A DNA stretch of 64,000 bases, taken from assembly GCA_964016885.1 (NCBI GenBank), contig OZ024742.1:85436001-85500000 (forward strand). The letters run 5' to 3'. Numbering within the stretch: position 1 is the stretch's first letter; every line of letters begins with the position of its first letter. Shown one piece after another: positions 54,166-64,000 of the stretch. The notes under the pieces are model-generated. The model worked only from the letters and a program-made list of their open reading frames with translations, was not told where the DNA came from and did not search any database. The DNA is from Eledone cirrhosa. Taxonomy: Eukaryota. Both the position numbers and the translations under genes were made by a program.

Positions 54166-54197
54166 CTATATATATATATAAATATATATATATATAA

Positions 54198-54478
54198 ATG
54201 AAAATAGAGAAATTAATGTGAGCAAGAAGCCAACACTATTTCATAATATATAAGGGAATATTACGTTAAAATGGAAAATAATTAACGTAAGATATGGGAA
54301 AATAATTCAAACTCAATTTTAAAAAAATCGAGACAGATTTTATCCACAAGTTTGGTGAAATGCAAGGAAAAAACCAATAGAGTCTGAACTCAGAATAAAA
54401 TAAAGTTTAAATACTCATCCTTCAATTTGGAAAAAAACTACAAATGCTCTATATAGTCTTAAAAATACTATTTCACGA
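54198..54478 (-). mobile_element. PLE-like tail truncated inside its HHR (homolog of 59750-60030)
   Basis: Colinear homology with 59750-60030. Retains GAAA-tagt..acta-TA-tagagc but lacks the CUGANGA side. Confidence 0.75.
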
Positions 54479-54479
54479 G

Positions 54480-54514
<35 letters not shown>

Positions 54515-54570
54515 TATATATATATATAGAGAGATATATATATATATAATCCCCTTTTCATTTTTACTTT

Positions 54571-54613
<43 letters not shown>

Positions 54614-54762
54614 TCGACTACTTCTCTCTCTATATATACATACGAGATTCCATTTTAGATCAAGTCTCATTTTCAACAAGAAAGATTAACAAAATTGCCT
54701 GAACACTTAATCTTAATTCTTTAATTTCTAATTCTTTTTAATTGTTTTTAATTGTAATATTC

Positions 54763-54809
54763 AATATTTGATAAGATGGATTTGATGATACATCGAAACC
54801 GGTTATATT
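54763..54809 (+). ncRNA. Minimal type I HHR, U3-A8 core variant
   Basis: aatat-TTGATAA-gatg..catc-GAAA-ccgg-TT-atatt. Confidence 0.7.
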
Positions 54810-55014
54810 TTATATATTTTATATACCTTATACAACTCTTTTTAGAAATAATTGTACCTCTCACTTTTTCAATAATGTCACTTTGACGAATCAAAAAAGA
54901 AAAAAAAAAACAGTCCATTAAATGTATTTACCGTGGTTTTTCCAATTTCACTTTTTCTCTTTCTCCCACTCACATATGCTCCTCTCTCCCTTTCAGTATA
55001 TATATATATATATA

Positions 55015-55139
<125 letters not shown>

Positions 55140-56051
55140 CATAATGTCGGACAGGAATGGATACCTTCTAATATGTTTCACTGAATGTGTGTGTTTAGAG
55201 CAGAGCAGCGATAAGAAAATCTCAGGAGAGCAGGATAGCAGAATTTTCTCAGAGAAGAACATGCCCCTCCTCCAGTAAGAGTTTCAAACTTTTAGTGTAT
55301 ACACTGATAGAATCGTAAATCAAATTTCCTTTTTATTAACCTAAGGATGTATATGCGTATAATATAATATTTGTAAGATATTTAATCTTCGAAGTGTTCC
55401 TGAAAATCGTGACTATAATCGCAATGATTGCCATATGTTGTTAAACAATGATCTATATTCTGTTCACATTGCTACGTAATCAATGAGAGTATTTAATGTA
55501 TGTAGACATTATAACGGAAATAATGGAGGTTATATATTACACCATCATTTGGCTAATTCATTTTTCATACCGCAATAAATAAATAACGATGTAAATAGAA
55601 AATAATAACAAAAAAACCGTGGCAAGTTGAAATAATGATGTAAATGGTCACATTTCCTACGAATATGAGATAAACTTATGGAAATAGGGTTGAACAAAAA
55701 GTGTCTGCATCGACAAACTAGAAGCGTTTAAATGTCCCTCAAATTAAATAACACCGATGACTATACATGAATTCACAACTGGACTCACTTGAAGATACCT
55801 AGGTTGTGTATATATATATATGCGTTTGATGGTAGCTAAGATGCTTCCAAAGGCGGTATGCCGGTTGAGCACTCTATGCTCTTACAGAGCAGAGTATGAT
55901 ATAATATAAAACGAAAAATCAGTGATGCATCTTATGTGTTACAATTATTTCGCCGGAGGATAGCACGAGACGCGATCATTGTGTGGATATGTTTGATTCT
56001 GGACCCGCAGGTTCGACGGACACGTCTAATGGTTTACCGTGTTATATTATA

Positions 56052-56182
<131 letters not shown>

Positions 56183-56269
56183 ATAATAATAAATTTGAAA
56201 ACTAAAATCCAAAGAGGGCTCGATAAGGATAAATATATATCAAATATATAAGAACCGTAGAGCAAATAT

Positions 56270-58219
56270 TTATTAAAATAACAGATTAAAGTTTAAGCAA
56301 AGAATCGGTGCTTTCACCCTTAACGGGATCTTCTGAAACTAACAAAGTCAATCTGTAAACGCAGAAGTGGATATTTCAAAAAACGTTGCAACCGGAGGAA
56401 GACAGGAAGACGATACTTTGGTTCGTGGAAACGTTCACTGGCAAAGAACGGGAAAAAACGAATATAATACGTCATTAATAGGAGCGCAATATAATACGTC
56501 ATTAATAGGAGCGCAAAGACAGAACCACGTTTATGGTATAAAAGAAGTCGTAGACTAATGTTCTCTTAGGTGGTTCATAGACACGTTCTCTGGCAATGAA
56601 CAGAAAAAGCGAAGATAATTCGTTATATGTGGAGCGTGGATAACAATTGCACGCAAAGACAAAACCACGTAAATGGTATAGCTGAAGTCGTAGAGTAAAA
56701 ATCTAACTAGGAAACCGAATGCTTCAGATTTAAGAATAAAGTAAATAAAATAAAATACTGGACATGGCAGCGATAATGAGGGACAGAGACCGCTGGAGAG
56801 AACTCGTCCATGGATCTCGGGAACATTACCCGCCTTAGAGAACAGAGGTAATAGAAATTAAATAAATACATACACGCATGCAAAAACGTACATACACAAG
56901 CATACGCGAACACACTTGCCATAGGTATAGAAAACCACGCACATATAAATATGTGTGTGTGTGTGTGCGTGTATACAAATAAATAAAAAATTAAATAAAC
57001 GTATATAAATAAATAAATACGTATATAACAAGCGCACACATATACCTACATGTAAATACACAAATGTTCGGAGACGTAAGTCAACCAAAACATTAAGTAC
57101 ACATATACGCACACCCTACATACGTAGGGACCTGCATACTCTCACAGACGCAAAACTCCCGTATACTCATAACCAAACCATATGTACCAGAATATATAAA
57201 AAATTATACGCCATAACATATACAATCAAATATACGTACGAGAATGTATACGTACCTTCACAAAACATGCAGGTAATATATACTTACCTATGCAAATAAG
57301 TAATGGTATAAACAAAACATATACTTACCTACCGCATCAAGACGTAAAATATCCACGTACAGATCGAACGAACCGTTAGGGTATAACGTGCGGCTGTAAT
57401 ACAGGAAAGTTTTGTGCAATTTATGTTTACTAGCCGAAATTGCATCGGATTTTTTGTTTAATATGTGGTCTGCGGCGTAGAGTATTTCCAGGGCCTCAGC
57501 GACGCAGAGGTCACATGATCTTTTATTTCCGTTATACGATCTAGCCCTAGATAGGATCTCCCAGTGTACCTTATATTGGTTGTGGTTGTCTTTTATACTC
57601 CAGATATAAGCTGAAAGTGCCGTCATATTCCTTCTTAGAGGGTAACGAAAAGAATGGGTGTGCATGTAAAGACGCTGCTTGAATCTATTGGCGGTTAACC
57701 CTATGTAGGCCCTACGGGACGTGGGTGTTACAACGTTACATTTGTAGACAATGTTACTAGAGAGGAATTTCCGGGATAGGGGGCAATCAACCCGATTCCT
57801 ACAATTACCGTTAGTACTAACTACAGGGTTGACCGTGTTCCTACGGCTAGGTAGTTTAGCTAAATTTGAAGCTGTGATGTTATGTGCAAGGTTAGAAGTC
57901 GTAGAGTAAGACATTTTAATAGTATTTCTATTAAAAATGTTACTATATTTATGTGTAGGGGGGAAATGTTTCGTAATAAGGGAAATAAAGATCTTAGCTA
58001 ATGGCGTGGCCACCTCATTATAATATGGTGGGTTATACCAACAAATGCGACGTGATCTATTCTCTCTATGTCTATTTTCTCACTCTGTATATGCTACCTT
58101 ATCGACAAATCCACTCCGAGCAAGAGCATCATTGTAATAAGTGGAATGGTCGTTGAAAATAAGATTCCGTTAAGGGTGAAAGCAGCAATTATTTGATTAA
58201 ACTTTAATCTGTTATTTTC

Positions 58220-58225
<6 letters not shown>
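56270..58225 (-). mobile_element. 5'-truncated PLE with short inverted terminal copy (56270-56335 and 58160-58225)
   Basis: GIY-YIG ORF at 57288-58013. Terminal segment aaga-tccc gttaa gggt-GAAA-gca..aactttaatctgttatttt is present in inverted orientation at both ends, with a third copy at about 38617-38675. Confidence 0.8.
57288..58013 (-). pseudogene. PLE linker plus GIY-YIG endonuclease fragment
   Basis: KHFPPTHKY..IFNRNTIKMSYS, NCRNRVDCPL, IVYKC, YIGLTANRFKQRLYMH, LSAYIW, CDLCVAE, LNKK. Confidence 0.9.
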
Positions 58226-58260
<35 letters not shown>

Positions 58261-58313
58261 AAAAAGTATGACCCCGATGCCAGAGGTCAAGTCGTTTTGA
58301 CGGCTATTTCTGG

Positions 58314-58363
<50 letters not shown>

Positions 58364-58459
58364 GGATATATATAGAGAGAGAGCGAGATTGAGGTAGAAC
58401 ACTGTAAGATAATATCCGTAGTGGTAGAGCACTCAGTCCATGAAAGGTGTTTGGTAGAC

Positions 58460-58720
58460 GTAGTAACAAAATAGTTAGTTCACTATACCGAAAACAATTG
58501 TTTCACCTTATGCGGATCTTCGGCTCAAACATTCGCAGTTATCTCCCTTACACCTTTCGCCCGTGGTTTTCCATCGCTTGGGTGAAGTAACCGTTCCTGC
58601 GCATATGCGTTCATGCGGTTGTTCTTCCTCTTTCATATAACCATTACAAGTCCGAGCTGAAGATCCGCATAAGGTGAAACAATTGTTCTCGGTATGGTGA
58701 ACTAACTGTTTTGTTACTAC
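58460..58720. repeat. Inverted repeat of an HHR-bearing PLE tail (arms about 58460-58526 and 58654-58720)
   Basis: Arms are reverse complements. The left-arm HHR is mutated and the right-arm HHR is intact. Confidence 0.88.
58652..58692 (+). ncRNA. Minimal type I hammerhead ribozyme
   Basis: ccgag-CTGAAGA-tccgcataaggt-GAAA-caattg-TT-ctcgg. Confidence 0.85.
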
Positions 58721-58821
58721 TTATATATATATATATATATACTTAGATATAACAATGACAGGAAGATGCATTTACTTATTCAACACAACTCTTCCTACCC
58801 CCCCCCCCCCCCCACATACAC

Positions 58822-58858
<37 letters not shown>

Positions 58859-58862
<4 letters not shown>

Positions 58863-59380
58863 CAATATGAAGAGAGAAGAAACATTAGATATAATTAGTA
58901 ATAAGATATATCATACCTAATCTGCTTCTATAGTTCCCGACTACGTAGTTTCGTGGCATATTATGCAAAAACTCTACATCTCTATGATGTAGGTTTTTGT
59001 GAGGTCTGCCGATTTATCAAGAGGATATCTCATGAAGAGTTTCAAACCACGTCTGTGATGCGCGAGATAGTATCTCGAAAAGGCGGAGGGGGAGTTAATC
59101 ACGTGATACAGCGGTCAAGAAACAGAGCTAAGACCCTTATAACCCTGAAAAAAATATCACGGAGGCGGAGGGGTATTTATATTAAAGTGTTTTGAAACCC
59201 TTAATGAGGTATCGTCTTGATATGTCGGCAGACCTCACAAAAACTCTATATCTCTATGATGTAGTGTTTTTGCATAATATACCACGAAACTACGTATTCG
59301 GGGAATATAGAAGCAATTTAGGTATGATATATCTTATTACTAATTATATCTAATGTTTCTTCTCTCTTCATAATGTATTA
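58859..59380. repeat. Inverted repeat (arms about 58859-59050 and 59187-59380) of a PLE tail with a decayed large-stem-II HHR
   Basis: The arms give ccc-TT(A/C)ATGA-ggtat...atacc ac-GAAA-ctacgtag-TC-ggg. Confidence 0.8.
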
Positions 59381-59527
59381 TATAGCTCTGATACTGAATC
59401 AGTCTAATCCATTCGGATTGGTCTGTCCCAGTTATTCATAGAGCAACATCGGTTGAGGTTGGTACCACTAAATCAGGGATATATGTGGATATATTCATGT
59501 GTATATATGTGTCCGTATGTATCTGTG

Positions 59528-59673
<146 letters not shown>

Positions 59674-59999
59674 ATGGCCATACTAGATAACGAGGGGTCA
59701 GCCATCATATATATATGTATGTATACATATATATATATTTATATATAAATGAAAGGTATAGAAATTGTTTTAGCGAGAAGCTAACAGTATTCTATAACAT
59801 GTATGCGACTATGTCGTCAAGATGGGAAAAATAGTTAACGTAAGATTTTTGGAAAAATAATTCAAACTCATCTCAAAAGAGAATCTGGATACAAATTCAT
59901 CCACAGAATTTAGTGAAATCCAGGGAAAATCAATAGACCCTTAACTCATGATAAAATAAAGTCTAAATACTTATCCTTCAATTTGGAAAAACATCAAAT

Positions 60000-60079
60000 G
60001 CTCTGTATAGTCTTAAAGACTATTTCATGAAAACTTTCAGTGGAGATGGTCACGGTTGGATTTCAATCGTCAGCAGAGC
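60000..60079 (-). ncRNA. Type I hammerhead ribozyme with stable stems I and III
   Basis: gctctg-CTGACGA-ttgaaa..ttttcat-GAAA-tagtct tta agacta-TA-cagagc. Confidence 0.85.
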
Positions 60080-60395
60080 TCAACAGATAACCAGGGCTCC
60101 CACAGAATTATAGGCCGAAAAGGGAATTCTAAAACTGGCTAGTTCACCATCATATATATATATATAAATATATATATATGTATACATACATATATATATG
60201 ATGGCTGACCCCTCGTTATATAGTAAGGCCATTGCATGAGAAAAAATATATATATATAGATATTAATAACAATAATAATAATAATAACAACAATAATAAT
60301 AACGGCAACAACAATAATAATATACATATATATATATATATACACACACACGCACACACATAAATATATCTATACACACACACACACGATAGCAA

Positions 60396-63300
60396 TTAAC
60401 AGCGCTGCGATCGAATGTGGCTGTTTAGCCCAGCCATTGATCTAAAATATCTTGTAAAGAGTCTGCAACCAAAACATTCACTAGGAATAGCCGGCTGTGG
60501 GTGAAGTTCATGTATTTTTGCATGCCGTTTGAGCCCTCCTGCTGATTTACATTCTCTACAACATGCTTGGCAAGCATGATGAGTAACATCTCCAACAGCA
60601 GCCTGGTAGTCAACCACTGGTCTTACTTTATGACTGCGAAGATGACTTTCTAGTCCAGCTTCGTTTAGGCAGAGTCACACACATAAGCTGCATCTCAGCA
60701 CCATAGGAGGACCCTCGCTGCCTGGAAGTGCAACAGCAATGCCCTTCCTCGCATCCCGCTTTATTTTCTTATATGCGATTCGAGATCCCTCAAAGGCAAC
60801 TTTTCCCTCATATAGAGTCTTTCTCCATTTATTACGATCTGCAGCAATATTTTCCCATGTATCAGCAGAGATGTTAGCGTCTTTCAAAGAGGCTTTCAAG
60901 GAATCCTTATACATCTTTTGGGGTTTATGTGGCGGTCGTTTTCCTTTAATTAACTCTCCATTGTTTTGGTATTCGAGATCCGTCATCCTGGCAAGGTGAC
61001 GACTCCAACGGAGTCGTTGCTTAAGCGCAAGAGCTTCTATACTGTCACACATAGAGCTTTCCAAAATCTCGACATCACTGATGTGGTCCCTCCAGTGAAC
61101 GCCATGGATCCGTCTGAGACACATCTGATGGAAACGCTCCAATTGCTTAACATGGTGTCGATATGTGATCCAGGTCTCGCAGGCATAAAGAAGAGAAAAG
61201 AGCACACATGCCTTGTACACCTTTACCTTTGTCGTCTTGCATATGTCTCGCCGCCCCCAGAATCGCCTTTCCGAAGCATCACTTGCTTTCCTAATCCTAA
61301 GTGGGATTTCACTCTCAAGGTTGCTGTATCGATTGACAGTGCTTCCCAGGTAGAAAAACTGATCGACCACTCCAAGTCGTTTACCATACACATAGATATT
61401 TGGTTCACTGTACTGCTTACCAATGGGAGGTTGGTACATGACGACGGTTTTCTTGAGACTGACAGTCAATCCTATGGCAGTGCAAGCATCAGAAAATGTA
61501 TTCAAAATGTGCTGCATATCACACTTTGTGTGCGCTACAAGATGGTAATCATCTGCCTACAATAGGTCTCTTATAATTGACGTAAATACTTTTGTCTTTG
61601 CACCAAAGCGCCTGGTGTTAAATATGCTGGCTGAGGTTCGATATCGGATGTAAACACCATGCTCGCAATTCCTGAATGCAATACAGAAAAACATTGCAAA
61701 GTATATGGCAAACAGGGTCGGTGTTGGAATATCCCCATGTTTCACACCATTTTTTACTCAGATAGGCTCCGACATGTTACCTCCGACATTAACCCAAGTC
61801 TTCATGTCGTCATGGAAAGACCTAACTAAAGCAAGGAACTTATCAGGGCAACCAAGTTTCTGGAAAACCTTCCATAATGCATTTCTGTTAACAGTATCGA
61901 AAGCTTTTGTCAGATCGACAAAAACCTGATACAGATCCAAACCTTGTTCCATGTACTTCTCCTGGAGCTGTCTAGCTGAGAAGATCATATCAGTAGTACC
62001 GCGTCCAGCACGAAAACCAGATTGACTTTCAGGAAGAACACAATCTGCAATGTGTGTCAGAGGACGGTCCTGAAGCACCCTACATAAAACTTTCCCTACG
62101 ACAGAAAGCAATGATATACCTCTGTAGTTCCGACAATCATTCCTGTTACCCGTTCCCTTGTACAAGGCCACCATTACTGCATCTCTCCAGTCCTCAGGTA
62201 CGGATTCATTAGCCCATATCCTGCCAAACAAAGAGTGAAGATGTTGCAGGAGTCTTTCACCACCATATTGTAGGGGTTCAGCATGTATGCCATCCGTACC
62301 TGGAGACCTTCTACTGTTCAGCTTCGAGAAAGCCACTGCAAACTCCACAATCGTCGGAGGTTCTGCGAGAGCTACTTTCACAGGAATTTCTGGAATGAGA
62401 TTGAGGAAATCTTCATTGACGACAGACGGCTTATTCAAAAGATCATCAAGGTGCTCTCGCCACCTTCGTAGAATACCTTGTGAGTCACGAAGATGTTCCT
62501 TGCCATCCTTGCTGCGAAGCGGTGTCACCAGAGAAGAAGACGGTCCATAAACTTCACGCAAGAGACTTTACAACAGCTTTGTGTTATTGAAATCTGACGC
62601 AGTTTGTATCTCATCAGTCTTTTCACTCCACCACTGATTCTTCATCTGAAAAAGACTCCGCCTAACACGTGATTTCACATCCTTGAATTCCTTATGCAAC
62701 GTATTCTTCTCCTGTAGTTTTGCCGTCAAGTAGCGTGACAGAGCACCCCTCTTATTAGCCGACAAGTTTTCTATATGTACATCATTCTCATTAAACCAGT
62801 CCTAATGTTTTCTCTGCACCAATCCCAGAACACGCCTGCCTACATCATAAACTGACTTTTTAAGGGTCGGCTAATCCTCACCAAGATTTGCAACCTGCAT
62901 CTCTTCTTGCAATGTCCTCTTAACATGTTTATCCTTAAGACGAGCAGCATTCAATCTCTGGACAGGGCAACACCAGGAGCCCGGATTTTACGTTTAGTGA
63001 TTAGTTTCACTTTTGCGCGTACCAGGCGGTGCTCCGTCCAGCACTCAGCTCCACGAAGAGGACGAACACACTGCACATCCTGTCTGTCACGCATCCTGAC
63101 TAGGACGTAGTGCAAAAGATACCATTCCTTAGATGCAGGATGCATCCATGTGGCTTGAATTTGTTCTTTTGTTGGTACATGGTGTTGGTAACACACAGAT
63201 CCAGCTCCTCACACATCTGCAGCAGGTGCATAGCATTGATGTTACACTTTCCCATCCCATGCCTACCGATTACATTCCATGTGTTAAAATCCCTACCCAC

Positions 63301-63870
63301 TCTAGTATTAAAGTCACAAAGCACGATGACTTTGTCTGCCTGAGGGATATTTCTTAAAACACCTTTCAAGGCATGGTAAATGGACACTTTTTCTTCATCA
63401 ACAGAATTCATAGTTGGTGCATACACACTCACCAAGGTCGCATGTCTTCCTTTGTCTAGCGGAATTCTCATCTCATGGACATAAGAAGCTCACTAATCTC
63501 TACTCGGAATTCTTCTAATTTATTCACAAGAACAGTCTTAATGGCAAATGGTACCCCAGCCTCTCTTCTGGCTCCTTCATCTCTTCCTTTTCAGAAGAAT
63601 GTATATTCTCCACAAAATTCTGTAAGATGACCATCTCCAGCTAACCTCGTCTCAGATAAAGCCAGGATGTCAAGATCGTAACGTCGAAGCTCCTTTCCAA
63701 AAAGAGCGGTCCTTCGTTCAGGATACTCCAAGGAATCCCTGTCAAGCAGCGTCCGTACGTTCCAGCACCCTAGACTAAATGCCTTGTTTGGCTCTATTAC
63801 AGTGGCACGATGTCGAGCGGGCCCAGGCTGTGATAACCTGGGGCCCCTGCTCTTATTGACAATTATCTTT
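60396..63870 (-). mobile_element. Near full-length decayed RTE (BovB-like) LINE: APE, RT and C-terminal C2H2 fingers
   Basis: GCWNVRTL, DILALSETR, VSVYAPT, DFNTRVG, YRGISLLS, QSGFRAGRGTTD, DLTKAFDTV, GVKHG..PTLF, ADD, YLGS, LLYACETW, CQACCRECKSAGGLKRH. Multiple frameshifts. Confidence 0.93.
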
Positions 63871-64000
63871 TTTATTCCAGAACCTTTAATACCAATTATC
63901 TCTTTTATATTGTTTTGGAACATCATTGAATTGGGAAAAAATAAATAGTAATAATAATAGTAACAATAATAATAATAATAATAATAGCAGAGCCTTGGTG

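Overview
AT-rich, microsatellite-dense eukaryotic DNA, most likely from an octopod cephalopod (inferred from the tRNA-derived SINE family, RTE LINEs and Penelope-like element tails sitting in (TA)n tracts). I found no convincing host protein-coding gene. The window is almost entirely decayed mobile DNA: an autonomous-type Helitron (1-8898, minus strand), non-autonomous Helitrons, a Chapaev3-type DNA transposon, RTE-clade LINEs, several SINEs and many Penelope-like elements (PLEs) with direct or inverted pseudo-LTRs. The PLE termini carry more than a dozen hammerhead-ribozyme (HHR) motifs, some canonical and some with variant cores. The most interesting signal is a roughly 100-nt RNA motif (41379-41481 and 44060-44162, minus strand; relatives at 41910-41981 and 38.3-38.4 kb). 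It contains all hammerhead core elements in a non-circularly permuted, multiply pseudoknotted order and shows at least five compensatory base-pair changes between copies. A second oddity is a palindromic Helitron 3' terminus that is joined to TC 5' ends on either strand. All structures were read by eye and none has been folded computationally or tested.
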